Positions 50,512-61,758 of a DNA stretch of 64,000 bases are shown here, one piece after another. The DNA is taken from positions 480,001 through 544,000 of the forward strand of contig CAWJSJ010000002.1 in NCBI GenBank assembly GCA_963845565.1, in the 5' to 3' direction. Origin of the DNA: an uncultured Methylomirabilota bacterium (lineage in GTDB: Bacteria; Methylomirabilota; Methylomirabilia; Methylomirabilales; 2-02-FULL-66-22). Within the stretch, counting starts at the first letter, position 1. Each line of letters begins with the position of its first letter. A program made the translations under genes and the position numbers. The notes under the pieces are model-generated. The model was not told the origin of the DNA. It did not search any database and saw only the letters and a list, made by a program, of their open reading frames with translations.

Positions 50512-50796
50512 ATGGTGACTCCCGGCAATGATCCGCCCGCCATGACCCCGCCGCCGCAGACCTCGCGGAATCTGACGATGGGGCTGGGGCTCTTTTGCGC
50601 CATCAGCGGGTTCTTTCCGGCCGCCGGCCTCAAGGAGGCCCTCTGGCCGAAGGTACTGGCCGTCGGCGGCATTGTCATCATGGTCGTCGGCGGCGTCGCC
50701 AACGCGCTCCGGCGCGCAGGCGCCTCCCACGCGACACCTAATGGGTGGCGCGTGGGAGGCGCTGCCGGACACATCCGGTGTGGAGGTGATCCATGA
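50512..50796 (+). CDS. Small 2-TM hypothetical protein (paralog 2)
   Basis: AGGAG RBS; GLGLFC...AAGLKE...PKVL.VGG...VGGVAN. Confidence 0.65.
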   Translation: MVTPGNDPPAMTPPPQTSRNLTMGLGLFCAISGFFPAAGLKEALWPKVLAVGGIVIMVVGGVANALRRAGASHATPNGWRVGGAAGHIRCGGDP

Positions 50797-51002
50797 GTAG
50801 CCAACCGCAATCCGAGAAAATGTCTCTTCCCCGTCTGTTGATCGGTCTCGGGTTCTTTTTGGTCTTCCTCGCGGTCGGGATCGGCGCGGCGATGAAGGGG
50901 GCGGGGGATTTCCCGAAGTATCTTGCCGGCGCCGCGGTGGTGGTGATCTTCGCCGGCGCAATCGGCGGAGTCCTACAGGGGCGAATGCGCCGGGGGAACT
51001 GA
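50793..51002 (+). CDS. Small 2-TM hypothetical protein (paralog 3)
   Basis: GGAGG RBS, ATGA overlap; GLGFF...GAAMKG...PKYL. Confidence 0.65.
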   Translation: MSSQPQSEKMSLPRLLIGLGFFLVFLAVGIGAAMKGAGDFPKYLAGAAVVVIFAGAIGGVLQGRMRRGN

Positions 51003-51687
51003 GGCACGCGGTACCTGTCGCATACGATCACACGGCTCGGGTCACTCGCGTGCGACCGCGTGCGCCGCGCCGCCGATTGGTTGCGGTGTGATGCGCGCGG
51101 GAGCATCGAGGAGGTACGTTTTCCTCGCGGCTCGACCTTGAACTGCCGGTGTTGGTAATTTCCGCGGCGGTTCGAAGCGCCCGTGATGATCAACTGCCCC
51201 GCTCAGCCTCGCGCGCTCTCGCCACCGTGAAGCATGCGCTGATCAGCACCGTAGATATTCAGCGGTCGAGCGGCCGCCCCAGTTGACCGTCGGAATCAGC
51301 GCCCCCCTTCCATTCCAGCGTTCGTATGGAGCGTATTTCCGTATTACCTACCGGAGGGGAAGTGCGGGAACGACGGGCGGCTTTCTTTGAGGACGACTCG
51401 CGCACCGATGCCCACTTCTGGTCTGGTTCGGGCCGCACCACGGGTTCGAATCGGTACGCGAGAACGACTCGGTGCCGCCGTGTCGTTCTTGCTGTACAAT
51501 CCTCTCACAGCGCCAGGGGGGAACGCGCCCTGCCCGTGCAGCAGGCGAAGGCCCATCCCCGCGGAATCCGTGATCCCGACCCCGATGGGTTGGCGCCTCC
51601 GGGTATGAACCGCGGTGTCAGGGGAGCCGGTTATGGTCTTCTGGTGTCGCTCGTGAGAAGGCGGTGACAACGCCAGGGAGGCAGGAA

Positions 51688-51969
51688 ATGGCCGAGTGTG
51701 CCGATGCGCGACACGCCCTCCCTACCGTGGCACGGGTCTTGATGTGGTGCGTCCTGCTTTCCGGAGCAATCCTGCTCCTCTGGTTCTGCATGCTGGCATT
51801 CGCCGGGGAGTGGGTGTATCGCATGCATTCCCAGTTCATCCCCGTCTCCCGTGAGCACTTTGCCTTCGTGCATTACGGGGGACTGGCACTCTTCAAGGGT
51901 GCCGTGCTCGTGCTCTTTCTCGTCCCTTACCTGGCGATCCGCATCGTGCTCCGGCGAGACTGGCGCTGA
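51688..51969 (+). CDS. DUF6868-like small membrane protein
   Basis: WC......LLLWF...VYRMH..F.......F...HY...A.FK.....LVPYLA. Confidence 0.7.
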   Translation: MAECADARHALPTVARVLMWCVLLSGAILLLWFCMLAFAGEWVYRMHSQFIPVSREHFAFVHYGGLALFKGAVLVLFLVPYLAIRIVLRRDWR

Positions 51970-52183
51970 CCGGCGCACCAGCGGGTGCACCGCTATCTGC
52001 CGTCGAAATGGATCGCGGGCGCCTCCGGTGCCGGGCGGACCGCCTGTTCGAGTTGCGCGATGGCGAGGTCGTACGCCTCCGCTCGGTAAAACTGGGCGCC
52101 GAGGGTATTGAGATTGTTGACCGTTGGTCGCCTGAACCGCATCCGCGAACCCACTGGCCGCGCCGGCTAACCGCCCTTGCCTC

Positions 52184-52897
52184 TCACGACGGCCCCGCTA
52201 ACGAGGTCCCCGTCTTCAGTATAGCAATCAAAGCCTCCGCCGCATCGTTGGCCAATCCCATCTCGCGGATCCCCGCCGCCGTTTGCTCGATGTCGTACTC
52301 CACACGGCGAATCTCAGCCACGCCGTTTCGGATCACCGCGTAACTCACCCGCGGGTCTCCATCCAGGGGCTGGCCGACGCTCCCCGGATTGAGGACCACC
52401 TTGGTCCACGCGCCGCGGCTCATGGGCACATGCGTGTGCCCGAGGAGCACGATGTCCGACCGCACCTCGGCGACTTCCTCTTTCATCTCCTCGTCGTCCA
52501 GGTCGGGCGTGATTCGATAGCTGAACAGGTGATCCTTCGGCGAGGCGTGAAAGGCGTGAAGGGTGTAGTCGTCGCAGCGGAACCTGATGTTCGTCGGCAG
52601 GTCACGCAACCAGGCTATCTCGTCCGCCGAGAGCCGTCGCCGGTGGTCTTCGAGCGTTGCGAGGGCCAGAGCGTGTTTGTGGACGGCAGCACCGGGATCG
52701 CCCCCGTGGCTCAGGGCGGTGTCGTGATTTCCGCGGATCACGTGGGTGGCCCGGTCGCGGACCCATGCGAGACACTCCCGCGGGAATGGGCCATAGGTGA
52801 CGATGTCGCCCAGGCACACCACGGCGTCGGCGTCCTCTTGGATCGCGTGGAGCGCCGGCCAGTTTGCGTGGATGTCGGAGACGACGAGGAGCTTCAT
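52184..52897 (-). CDS. Metallophosphoesterase (calcineurin-like)
   Basis: SDIHAN, LGDIV.YG, RGNHD, FHASP, GHTH, NPGSVGQP. Confidence 0.92.
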   Translation of the reverse strand: MKLLVVSDIHANWPALHAIQEDADAVVCLGDIVTYGPFPRECLAWVRDRATHVIRGNHDTALSHGGDPGAAVHKHALALATLEDHRRRLSADEIAWLRDLPTNIRFRCDDYTLHAFHASPKDHLFSYRITPDLDDEEMKEEVAEVRSDIVLLGHTHVPMSRGAWTKVVLNPGSVGQPLDGDPRVSYAVIRNGVAEIRRVEYDIEQTAAGIREMGLANDAAEALIAILKTGTSLAGPS

Positions 52898-52996
52898 GGG
52901 CCGCGCTCCCTCACGATCAATGGGTTGCAGGGCGGGGGCTGGCGGAGATGCCGGGCAAGGCCGCCCATCACGCGACGGCGATCCGCGCGTCGTCCG

Positions 52997-53761
52997 TCAC
53001 TTCCTTTCGTCAGACGCGGCCCCGCCCGGCGCGTCGGGCGATGTTCCGTTTCGCGCGTCCGGACCGATCGCGCCAGCGCGACCCGCCATGGCGTCCAGCA
53101 CACGCTGCCAGCTATCGCCCTCGCCACCCATGGGTTCGGTCGCGAAGCGGTAATCGTTCTTCCGGATGAACTCCGTCAACTCCCCGACCAGCCCCGACCA
53201 CCTGTCTGCTTGGACCGAGAGCAGAACACGGAGGTTCGGATGATCCCGGCCGATAGTCATCGCGTGACAGAGGTGCTGCAGACAAAGACCCGCAGATGCG
53301 CTGAGACCTTCCAGGAACTCCTCCTCCTGAACAAACCCCAGCATCGCCGCAAGGTGGTCTCGCTCGGATTGTTGGCTCCGCACGCACAACGGGCATTGTG
53401 TCCGCATGTTCCACCAACCGACCAGCGCGAGGGGCTCGGCTCGCGGTGCGATCCGCTCGGATAGGCGTTGCCACCAACTACGCGGCCGAAGGCGCGTCCC
53501 GTCAGCCGTCACGCGCTCCAGCGCGCTCGTGAGGAGGTGGTGATAGATCACGGCCGTTCCGAGCCGGCTGTTCTGAATCCGGGGCAACACCCACGCGTGC
53601 CGGTTGCAGAACCCGCGGGATGCAAGCAGGCGCGCCCGCGTGACAGGATCGGTCACCTGTTCGTACAGCAGTTCGTCCAACGCCCTGAGGGACCCTTGCT
53701 CCAGCCGAGCGCACACCGGGCATCCCGGCTCTTTGAAGGCCGCCAGCAGCTCGTAGTACAT
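52997..53761 (-). CDS. DUF6062-like Cys/His-motif protein (start uncertain)
   Basis: Duplicated CPVC...GFCNRH / CPLC...GLCLQH; EFIRKNDYR. Confidence 0.75.
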   Translation of the reverse strand: MYYELLAAFKEPGCPVCARLEQGSLRALDELLYEQVTDPVTRARLLASRGFCNRHAWVLPRIQNSRLGTAVIYHHLLTSALERVTADGTRLRPRSWWQRLSERIAPRAEPLALVGWWNMRTQCPLCVRSQQSERDHLAAMLGFVQEEEFLEGLSASAGLCLQHLCHAMTIGRDHPNLRVLLSVQADRWSGLVGELTEFIRKNDYRFATEPMGGEGDSWQRVLDAMAGRAGAIGPDARNGTSPDAPGGAASDERK

Positions 53762-54116
53762 GACGAACTTCGCGTCGGAGCGTGCCGGCCGAACCGCGGC
53801 CGTCACTTTTTGCACGATGCGCCCGAACCGCCCCACGCTAGACTCCAAACAAAAACTCCTACCGGGAAACCAGTAGGAGTCATCACCCCGCCGCTGGCGG
53901 GGACCCGCGAACCCCATCGCGACTCGATTAGGTTGTTTATGTCACGCCGTAGCGCCCAGCGTCAAGGGGTTTCCGCGCGGATCGCGGGGTTGCCGCTGGG
54001 GTTATTCTCGGCGTCTCCGCGCCGCCCATCTTCGGCGGAATACGGGCCGTCCCCCGGCAAGCCGACCCGGGTGGCGCCGGGCAACTCGTCGTGTGCTGGG
54101 AATAGGCGCGCGGTCC

Positions 54117-55970
54117 TCACGCCGGATGCTCTGCCAGGAGTGCCTCCAGGCCCTGCCGATCGACGACCTCTTTCTCCAGCAGGAGCTTCGACAGGGCGTC
54201 CAATGCCGCGCGGCGTTTGGTGAGCGTCTCGCGGACCCGCTCCCTGGCAGCGCCGATGATCGCGCGGATCTCGTCGTCGATCGCCTGGGCGGTCTTCTCG
54301 CTGTACTCGCGGCTCCGGCCGGCGCCGGAGACATTCAGGAACGGGTTGGTGCGGGGCTCCTCGAAGGTGACCAGGCCGAGCGTCTCGCTCATGCCGTACT
54401 GGGTGACCATGTGCCGGGCCAGGTCCGTCACCCGTTGCAGATCGTTCTGCGCCCCGGTGGAGATGTCCCCGAAGACGATCTCCTCGGCCACACGGCCGCC
54501 CAGGAGCACGTCGATCCGGTCCAGCAACTCCCCCCGCCGCATCAGGTAGCGGTCTTCCGTGGGTGTCTGGAGGGTGTACCCGAGCGCCGCCACCCCGCGG
54601 GGGATGATGGAGACCTTCGTCACCCGATCCGCGTTGGGCCGCGACTCCGCCACCAGGGCGTGGCCGGCCTCATGGTACGCGACCGTTTCCTTCTCCACCG
54701 GATTCATCACCCGACTCTTCCGCTCCAGCCCGGCGACGATCCGCTCCGCGGCCTCGTCGAAGTCCTGCATCGCCACCGTCTCGCTGCCGCGCCGCGCTGC
54801 GCGCAGCGCGGCCTCGTTGACGAGGTTCGCCAGATCGGCCCCCACGAACCCCGCCGTCCGGGCAGCGATCTCCACCAGGTTCACGTCCGGCCCCATCGAG
54901 ACGTTCTTGGTGTGCACCTGGAGAATCTTCTCGCGCCCCTTGAGGTCGGGCCGATCCAGGACCACCTGACGGTCGAAGCGGCCGGGCCGGAGGAGGGCCG
55001 GGTCCAGGATCTCGGGCCGGTTCGTGGCAGCCATGATGATGATGCCTCGCTGCGTGTCGAAGCCGTCCATCTCAACCAGGAGCTGGTTCAGCGTTTGCTC
55101 CCGCTCGTCGTGCCCGCCCATCGGATTCATGCCGCGCGCCTTGCCCAGGGCGTCCAGTTCGTCGATGAAGATGATGCAGGGGGCCTTCTGCTGGGCCTGC
55201 GCGAAGAGGTCCCGCACCCGGGCGGCGCCCATGCCGACGAACATCTCCACGAACTCCGAGCCGCTCATGCTGAAGAAGGGCACACCCGCCTCGCCGGCCA
55301 CGGCCTTGGCCAGGAGCGTCTTCCCGGTGCCGGGAGCCCCCGCCAGGAGCACCCCCTTGGGGATCTTGCCGCCCAGCCGTTTGTACTTGTCCGGCGTCTT
55401 GAGAAAGTCCACGATCTCCATCAGTTCGGCCCGGGCCTCGTCGATCCCGGCGACGTCCTGGAAGGTGACGCCGGTTTGCTTCTCCATGTAGACCTTGGCC
55501 TTGCTCTTCCCGAGCGAGACCAGGCCGCTGGCTGCCCCCATCCGCTTCATGAAGAACATCCAGATCCCCACGAAGATCAGGGCGGGCAGAATCCAGGAAA
55601 GGAGCGTGGTAAACCAGGTGCTTTCCAGCCGTCCGGCAAACTTGATCTTGGCCTCTTCCAGTTCTTTCACCAGGCCGGGATCCTCGACGCGGATGGCGAC
55701 GAACCGCTGCTCGCCGGTCCCGAACCGCTGAATTTCCGCAATCTTCTCCTTGGGCAGAAGGCCCTCCAGCCCTTCCTGCTTCATCCGACCGGTGATCATT
55801 CGGTCGGTGAGGGTCACCTCGGTGATCTTCCCGGCCCTGAGCAGCGCCTTGAACTCGTTGTACGTGAGGTTCTCGGTGATGGCGCCCATCAGGAAATTCT
55901 CGATGGCCAAAAGAACCAAGAATGCCGCCACGAAATACCAGATGGAGAACCGTCGCTGATTCTGTTCCAT
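54117..55970 (-). CDS. ftsH: ATP-dependent zinc metalloprotease FtsH
   Basis: 2 [43 protein letters not shown]. Confidence 0.97.
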   Translation of the reverse strand: MEQNQRRFSIWYFVAAFLVLLAIENFLMGAITENLTYNEFKALLRAGKITEVTLTDRMITGRMKQEGLEGLLPKEKIAEIQRFGTGEQRFVAIRVEDPGLVKELEEAKIKFAGRLESTWFTTLLSWILPALIFVGIWMFFMKRMGAASGLVSLGKSKAKVYMEKQTGVTFQDVAGIDEARAELMEIVDFLKTPDKYKRLGGKIPKGVLLAGAPGTGKTLLAKAVAGEAGVPFFSMSGSEFVEMFVGMGAARVRDLFAQAQQKAPCIIFIDELDALGKARGMNPMGGHDEREQTLNQLLVEMDGFDTQRGIIIMAATNRPEILDPALLRPGRFDRQVVLDRPDLKGREKILQVHTKNVSMGPDVNLVEIAARTAGFVGADLANLVNEAALRAARRGSETVAMQDFDEAAERIVAGLERKSRVMNPVEKETVAYHEAGHALVAESRPNADRVTKVSIIPRGVAALGYTLQTPTEDRYLMRRGELLDRIDVLLGGRVAEEIVFGDISTGAQNDLQRVTDLARHMVTQYGMSETLGLVTFEEPRTNPFLNVSGAGRSREYSEKTAQAIDDEIRAIIGAARERVRETLTKRRAALDALSKLLLEKEVVDRQGLEALLAEHPA

Positions 55971-56016
55971 GGTGCGCTCCTGGTGAAAAGCTGATCTACG
56001 TCGATCCGCGCCTCGA

Positions 56017-56559
56017 TCAGTCCGTGCGGCCTCGCAGGCCTCCCGGGCCGCTCAGATAAAGGGCCCCTCCGATGAACAGGAGCCCGATGGCCAGGTACAG
56101 AAGGTCAAGGGGGGTCGCGTACGTCAGTTTCAGCGCATACTGAAAGAACTCGATGATCAGGACGAGCAGGATCAGCTTGGCAATACGATCCTTCAGGTCG
56201 TCCAGGCTCGTCACCCGTATCAGGCGCGGCATCGCGCGGGCCGTGGTCTCGGACGGATCGATCTTGTTGATGAACAGCTCGTAGAGTCCCATGGCAAAGA
56301 TCAACAAGATTGCCGCGATCAGGTAGACGTCCACCGCCTTGACAATGCCGGTCACCGTGGCCTCGCGCAGCGCCGCCCGCGCGGCGAATTCGAGGCTCGG
56401 GCTGCCGTACGAAAGGAGGCCCCCCAGGAGAAACAGGACGTCCACCGTGGCCATGTAGAAAGTCCCCGCGGCGAGGATCGTGCTGGCGACGACGGCCACC
56501 AGTACCAGCAATCGACTTTGCCACAGCATCTTTTCGAAGGAATGCCCCAGCGTTTTCAT
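56017..56559 (-). CDS. YqhA/UPF0114 family membrane protein
   Basis: VD.YLIA..L.IF..GLYELFI; SLDDLK..I.K. Confidence 0.85.
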   Translation of the reverse strand: MKTLGHSFEKMLWQSRLLVLVAVVASTILAAGTFYMATVDVLFLLGGLLSYGSPSLEFAARAALREATVTGIVKAVDVYLIAAILLIFAMGLYELFINKIDPSETTARAMPRLIRVTSLDDLKDRIAKLILLVLIIEFFQYALKLTYATPLDLLYLAIGLLFIGGALYLSGPGGLRGRTD

Positions 56560-56641
56560 TCCCGGTCCCCCGTGCGCGCGGCCGTCGGGCGGGACGGCTC
56601 ATCGCCGCATTATCGCTCCCGTGGCCGAGCCAAGCAATCCT

Positions 56642-59410
56642 TCAATGCGAAGCCGAGGCCGGCCGGGGCCCCTCGGGGGATGGATCGGCTCCCGCCGATC
56701 TCCGGTGGCCGTACCGTAGCCACTTCTCCAACCCCACCAGCGGAAAGGCAGCGAGGCCGGCGAGGAACGCCCACCCCCAGGACTCGAGGGACAGTGGCGC
56801 GGAGTGAAACAGCGCATTCATGAACGGCAGATACGTGAATCCGATCTGCAACAGCAGCATGCCCGCCGAGCCGACGAGGGCCCACGGATTGCTGAAGATG
56901 CCGACGCGGAGGACCGATTGTGAGAGTGACCGACAGTTGAAGAGATAGAAGGTCTGGACGACGATGAAGACCGCGACGGCGGCCGTGCGGGCCTCGTCCA
57001 CGCCTCGTCCCTGCCGGAGTTCCCACTCGAACAGACCGAATGCGCCGGCAAGCAGGATGGCGCCGACGGAAAAGATGCGGCCGACGAGTTCGCCGGTAAG
57101 AATCGGCGTCTTGGGGTCCCGCGGCGGACGGGACATGATGTCGGGCTCGGCGGGTTCGAACGCCAGCATGAGGCCGAGCAAGAGGGCCGTGGTCATGTTG
57201 ATCCAGAGTACCTGGACGGGCAGGATCGGCAGCGTCTCCCCGAGGAGCACCGCCACCAGGATCACCAAGCCCTGGCCGACGTTGGTGGGCAGGGTCCAGA
57301 TGATGAATTTGGTCAGGTTGGCGAAGACCGCCCGGCCTTCCTCCACCGCCGCCTCGATGGACGCGAAGTTGTCGTCGGTGAGGACCACGTCCGCGGCGCC
57401 CTTCGCCACGTCGGTTCCCGTGATGCCCATGGCCACACCGATGTCCGCCTGCTTGAGGGCCGGGGCGTCGTTCACGCCGTCCCCGGTCATGGCCACCACG
57501 TGGCCGCGTGCCTGCAGCGCGGCCACCAGCCGGAGCTTCTGTTCCGGGGTCACGCGAGCGAAGACGGCGCGCTCTTCCGAGACGCGGGTGAGCTCCGCGT
57601 CGGAGAATTCCTGCATCGCTCGGCCGGTCACCACGGCGGCCTCCGGAGCGCCCCGCGTCAACGATGCGGGAATCAATCCAAGTTCATGGGCGATGGCTCT
57701 CGCAGTCGAGGGGTGGTCGCCGGTGATCATTTTCACCGCGACGCCGGCAGCGTGGCAGGCCTTGACCGCTGCCAGGGCTTCCGGGCGTGGCGGATCGATC
57801 ATGCCCTGGAGACCCAAGAACGTGAGGTTGGAGGCAACGTCCTCGTGTCCGAGTGTGGTAGCATCGGCGGGGAATTCCTTCCGCGCGAGCGCTAGCACCC
57901 GAAGCCCGCGGGCCGCCAGGGATTCGAGGGCGGCGTGGGCGCCCTCGCCGTCCAACGACCCTGGTGTCCCGTCACCGCCCAGTGCGCTTCCGCAGCGCTC
58001 CAGCACCCGCTCCACCGCGCCCTTCACGTACGCGACGCGGGGGCGGCCCGGCCCCGCATCGTGGAGCGTCGCCATGTACTGGTGCTGCGAATCGAAGGGA
58101 ACCACATCCAGGCGAGGCCACGCCTCCCGTACCTCTTCGGACAGGCCCCCCTTGCGGGCCGCCGTCACGAGCGCTCCCTCGGTGGGATCGCCTTGCACAA
58201 CGAAGCGGCCGTCCGCCTCGGCCAGCGTGGCGTCATTGCAGAGCAGGCCGGCCAGGAGGCATTCGTGGAGGGCGGCTCCCGAGCCAGAATCGACCGCCCG
58301 GCCATCCAGCAGGATCGAGCCGATCGGCGCGTACCCCGCCCCCGTCACCTCATAGCGCGCGTTTCCCGCTACCATCACCTTGACGGTCATCTGGTTCTCG
58401 GTGAGCGTCCCGGTCTTGTCCGAGCAGATGACCGTGGTGCTGCCCAGGGTCTCCACGGCTGGGAGTTTTCGGATGATGGCGTGCCGTCGCGCCATGCGGG
58501 CCACGCCGATGGCTAGCGTGATGGTCACCGCCGCCGGGAGACCCTCGGGGATCACGGCGACCACTAACGCTACGGCGGCCAGGAAGGTGTCTACCAGGGA
58601 CTGCCCGTGCCACGCCCCGACGGCAAAGGTCAGTGCCCCAAAGCCCACGATGATGCCGACCAATGCGTGGCTGAACCTGGCGATCTTGCGGGTGAGCGGC
58701 GTCTCCAGGTCCGCCGCCTCCGCGATCAAGCCCGAGATCCGACCGATCTCGCTCCGGTCGCCGGTGGCCACCACGACACCGAGTCCCTGCCCGTACGTGA
58801 GGAGGGCGGACCCGTAGACCATGTTCTTCCGATCGGCGAGGACGACGTCGTGGGGGAGGACCTCGGCCATTTTGGCCACCGGGACCGACTCGCCGGTCAG
58901 GGCGGACTCATCCGCTTGCAGGTCCTTGGCCTGGATGAGCCGGACGTCGGCAGGAGCCTTGTCGCCAGCCTGCAGGAACAGGAGATCGCCCAGCACGAGA
59001 TCCGCTGACGAGACGCGCCGCTTCTCGCCCGCCCGCACGACAGTGGCCTCGGTGGTGAGTCGGCGCGAAAGCGCTTCGATGGCCTGCTCCGCCTTGGCCT
59101 CCTGGAGAAAGCCCACAACGGCGTTGATCAGCACCACGCCCAGGATGACCGCGGCGTCCACGGGGCCCTTGAGCACGGCCGTGACGAGACCGGATGCAAT
59201 CAGGATATATACCAGCGGCTGGTGAAACTGCAGAAGGAACCTGAGGACGGGTCCGCGGGCCTTCTTTGCGCTGACGACGTTGGGACCAAAGTGCCGCTGA
59301 CGACGCTGGACCTCGAATTGATCCAGGCCGCGCAACCCGTCAGTATCCAGGAGGTCGAGGACCTCTTCGGCAGGGAGATGGTGCCAGTGGTGCCCCAGGA
59401 GGCTTTCCAC
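56642..59410 (-). CDS. Cation-transporting P-type ATPase (P2A-like, Ca2+/Mn2+)
   Basis: LTGES, IPEGLP, DKTGT, KGA, TGD, TGDGVNDAP. Confidence 0.95.
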   Translation of the reverse strand: MESLLGHHWHHLPAEEVLDLLDTDGLRGLDQFEVQRRQRHFGPNVVSAKKARGPVLRFLLQFHQPLVYILIASGLVTAVLKGPVDAAVILGVVLINAVVGFLQEAKAEQAIEALSRRLTTEATVVRAGEKRRVSSADLVLGDLLFLQAGDKAPADVRLIQAKDLQADESALTGESVPVAKMAEVLPHDVVLADRKNMVYGSALLTYGQGLGVVVATGDRSEIGRISGLIAEAADLETPLTRKIARFSHALVGIIVGFGALTFAVGAWHGQSLVDTFLAAVALVVAVIPEGLPAAVTITLAIGVARMARRHAIIRKLPAVETLGSTTVICSDKTGTLTENQMTVKVMVAGNARYEVTGAGYAPIGSILLDGRAVDSGSGAALHECLLAGLLCNDATLAEADGRFVVQGDPTEGALVTAARKGGLSEEVREAWPRLDVVPFDSQHQYMATLHDAGPGRPRVAYVKGAVERVLERCGSALGGDGTPGSLDGEGAHAALESLAARGLRVLALARKEFPADATTLGHEDVASNLTFLGLQGMIDPPRPEALAAVKACHAAGVAVKMITGDHPSTARAIAHELGLIPASLTRGAPEAAVVTGRAMQEFSDAELTRVSEERAVFARVTPEQKLRLVAALQARGHVVAMTGDGVNDAPALKQADIGVAMGITGTDVAKGAADVVLTDDNFASIEAAVEEGRAVFANLTKFIIWTLPTNVGQGLVILVAVLLGETLPILPVQVLWINMTTALLLGLMLAFEPAEPDIMSRPPRDPKTPILTGELVGRIFSVGAILLAGAFGLFEWELRQGRGVDEARTAAVAVFIVVQTFYLFNCRSLSQSVLRVGIFSNPWALVGSAGMLLLQIGFTYLPFMNALFHSAPLSLESWGWAFLAGLAAFPLVGLEKWLRYGHRRSAGADPSPEGPRPASASH

Positions 59411-59503
59411 GTCTTACCCCGTCCTGGCAACAAAGACAGTGACTCGCGCCAAGCGTGCATCATACTACCGAACGATGCGTCATTCCAAGGGGGAAGTCCC
59501 GAT

Positions 59504-60547
59504 TTAGTGGACACCCGGGCCCGCAGGGGCGCCTGCGGCCTCGCGGACCTTGGGGAACAGCAGCGAGGCGATGACGGAGATGATGATGACCGCGGCGATG
59601 ATGCCGAGCGAGATGGTGATGGGGAATTTGCCGCCGTACAGGTCATTGAGCCACGCGATCTTCAGCCCCACGAACATCAGCACCACCGCGAGGCCGTACT
59701 TCAGCATGTAGAACCGATCCATCATCCCGGCAAGTAGAAAGTAGAGCGCGCGGAGGCCGAGGATCGCAAAGACGTTGGAGACGAAGACGATCAGGGGCTC
59801 TCCCGTGAGGGCGTAGATGGCTGGGACCGAGTCCACCGCGAAGATGATGTCGGTCACCTCCACGAAGAGCAGGGTCACAAACAGGGGCGTCGCGTGCAGG
59901 ACCCCGTTCAGCCTCACGAAAAACTGTTGCCCGTGAAGCGCAGACGTCACGGGAACGAACCGTCGGAAGAGCCGGATGAGGGGGTTCTTCTCCGGATCGA
60001 TCCCCTTCTCCGGTGCAAACATGATCTTGAGTCCAGAGGCGACCAGGAAGATTCCAAAAACCCAAACCACCCAGTGGAACTGGAGCAGCGCCGAACCGAG
60101 GACGATGAAGACGGCCCGGAACACGAGCGCCCCCAGGATGCCGAAGAACAGGACACGATGCTGGTATTTCGCCGGCAGGGCGAAGAATTTGAAGATGAGG
60201 ATGAAGACGAAGATGTTATCAACCGACAGGGACTTCTCCACGATGAAGCCCGTCAGGAACTCCAGCGCGGTCTCCTTGGCCGCCGCCGCAGCGTCGAACC
60301 CCGGAAGGGCGAGGAGTCGCGGGTCCTGGGGAAACGTCCAGAGCGCAAAGCGGTAGAGGCCGTAATTGAACGCGAGTGCCAGGCTTACCCACACCGCGCT
60401 CCAGGTGGCCGCCTCCCGGAACGACACTTCGTGGGCCTCCCGGTGGAACACGCCGAGGTCGAGCGCCAGAAGGACCAGGACACCCGCCAGGAAGGCCAGG
60501 TAGAACCACCAATATTGGTCAAAGGGAAAGAGCGTGATCTCGGTCAC
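59504..60547 (-). CDS. TerC/Alx family Mn-related membrane protein
   Basis: EKSLSVDNIFVF, QHRVLFFG, DIIFAVDSVPAI, SNVFAILGLRALYF. Confidence 0.93.
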   Translation of the reverse strand: MTEITLFPFDQYWWFYLAFLAGVLVLLALDLGVFHREAHEVSFREAATWSAVWVSLALAFNYGLYRFALWTFPQDPRLLALPGFDAAAAAKETALEFLTGFIVEKSLSVDNIFVFILIFKFFALPAKYQHRVLFFGILGALVFRAVFIVLGSALLQFHWVVWVFGIFLVASGLKIMFAPEKGIDPEKNPLIRLFRRFVPVTSALHGQQFFVRLNGVLHATPLFVTLLFVEVTDIIFAVDSVPAIYALTGEPLIVFVSNVFAILGLRALYFLLAGMMDRFYMLKYGLAVVLMFVGLKIAWLNDLYGGKFPITISLGIIAAVIIISVIASLLFPKVREAAGAPAGPGVH

Positions 60548-60680
60548 CGAGTGTCTCCTCGCTCCCCCGAGAGGGAGTTGTCAACGGTGGTGCGCCGGGG
60601 AGACCGGCGAGGGGAGCCGATCGCCCCGGCGCGTTTTGTGTTCGTCAGATGTTTCGCCTCACCCAGGCCACTGGGCTCGA

Positions 60681-61544
60681 CTAGGCCGTGAGGCCGAGCC
60701 GCTGGCGCGCGAAAGCGCGCAGGCGGGCCACCCGCTTGTCCGTCGGCGGATGCGTGCTGAAGAGCTTCAGCATCCCGCCGCCGGCGAACGGATTCACGAT
60801 GAAGAGGTGGGCGGTCGCCGGCGTTGCGGCTTCCATGGGCACTTCCCGGCTCCAACCCTCGATCTTGCGGAGCGCGCTCGCCAGCGCCATGGGGTCGGCG
60901 CAGATCTCTGCGCCTCCCTCGTCCGCAACGAACTCGCGCGCCCGGGAGATGGCCATCTGGATCAGCATGGCGGCGATCGGCGCCACGATGATCCCCGCCA
61001 GGCCCGCCAGAGGGTTTCCGCCCTCCTCGTCCTCGGAGGAGCGGCCGAAGAGAAGCGCCCATTGCGCCATGTTGGCCAGCATGCTAATCGCGCCGGCCAG
61101 CGTGGCGGCGACGGTCATGACCAGCGTGTCGCGGTGCTTGATGTGCGCCAGCTCGTGGGCGATCACCCCGGCAAGCTCCTCTCGATCGAGGATGCGGACC
61201 AACCCGTGAGTCACCGCCACGGCGCCGTGCGCGGGGTTGCGGCCGGTGGCAAACGCATTGGGGGCTTCTTCAGAAATCATGTACACCCGGGGCGTTGGCA
61301 ACTTGGCGCGCTGGGCCAATCGGCGCACCAGCCCATAGAGTTCGGGCGCCTCGCGCTCCGTGACCTCCTGCGCGCCGTGCATGCGGAGGACGATGCGATC
61401 GGACCACCAGTAGGATGCGAAGTTCATCCCGCCGGCCAGGAGCAGGGCGAGGACGAATCCTTGCTGGCCACCCAGGGACTGTCCGATCCAAAGAAACAGC
61501 GCAGTCAGGGCTGCAAGCAGCATCGTGGCTTTCATGCGATTCAT
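60681..61544 (-). CDS. htpX: Zinc metalloprotease HtpX
   Basis: [28 protein letters not shown]...R. Confidence 0.95.
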   Translation of the reverse strand: MNRMKATMLLAALTALFLWIGQSLGGQQGFVLALLLAGGMNFASYWWSDRIVLRMHGAQEVTEREAPELYGLVRRLAQRAKLPTPRVYMISEEAPNAFATGRNPAHGAVAVTHGLVRILDREELAGVIAHELAHIKHRDTLVMTVAATLAGAISMLANMAQWALLFGRSSEDEEGGNPLAGLAGIIVAPIAAMLIQMAISRAREFVADEGGAEICADPMALASALRKIEGWSREVPMEAATPATAHLFIVNPFAGGGMLKLFSTHPPTDKRVARLRAFARQRLGLTA

Positions 61545-61560
61545 GGCTTCCTCCTCTGAA

Positions 61561-61593
61561 CAGAAAAACCCCTCGCGCCGAGAGCACGAAGGG
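61561..61593 (-). terminator. Intrinsic terminator of the riboswitch expression platform
   Basis: Minus strand CCCTTCGTGC-TCTCG-GCGCGAGGGG-TTTTTCT; 5' arm overlaps the aptamer P1 3' strand. Confidence 0.75.
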
Positions 61594-61700
61594 TCTTGAT
61601 CCGCTGGCCATGCGGCCACCGCCGGGAAACCGGACCTCCCGCGCGCGGAAGATCGTGGTGACGGCTTCACCGGACCGATTGGGCGACCTACTCCCCCTTG
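61589..61700 (-). ncRNA. yybP-ykoY (Mn2+) riboswitch
   Basis: AAGGGGGAGTAG ... CGTCACCACG ... CCGGT ... CAAGACCCTT, fitting the family as I know it; upstream of terC and a P-type ATPase, typical targets. Confidence 0.8.
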
Positions 61701-61708
61701 TCGATGGC

Positions 61709-61737
61709 AGCATACCCGCCGAAAACACTCATGTCAA
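61709..61737 (-). promoter_or_regulatory. Sigma70 promoter for the riboswitch/htpX transcript
   Basis: TTGACA-17 nt-TATGCT about 8 nt before the aptamer. Confidence 0.75.
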
Positions 61738-61744
61738 GAAGAAC

Positions 61745-61758
61745 TTCGCATATGCGAA
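61745..61758. promoter_or_regulatory. Perfect 14-bp palindrome TTCGCATATGCGAA, candidate ArsR operator
   Basis: Between two divergent -35 boxes next to an ArsR gene. Confidence 0.55.
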
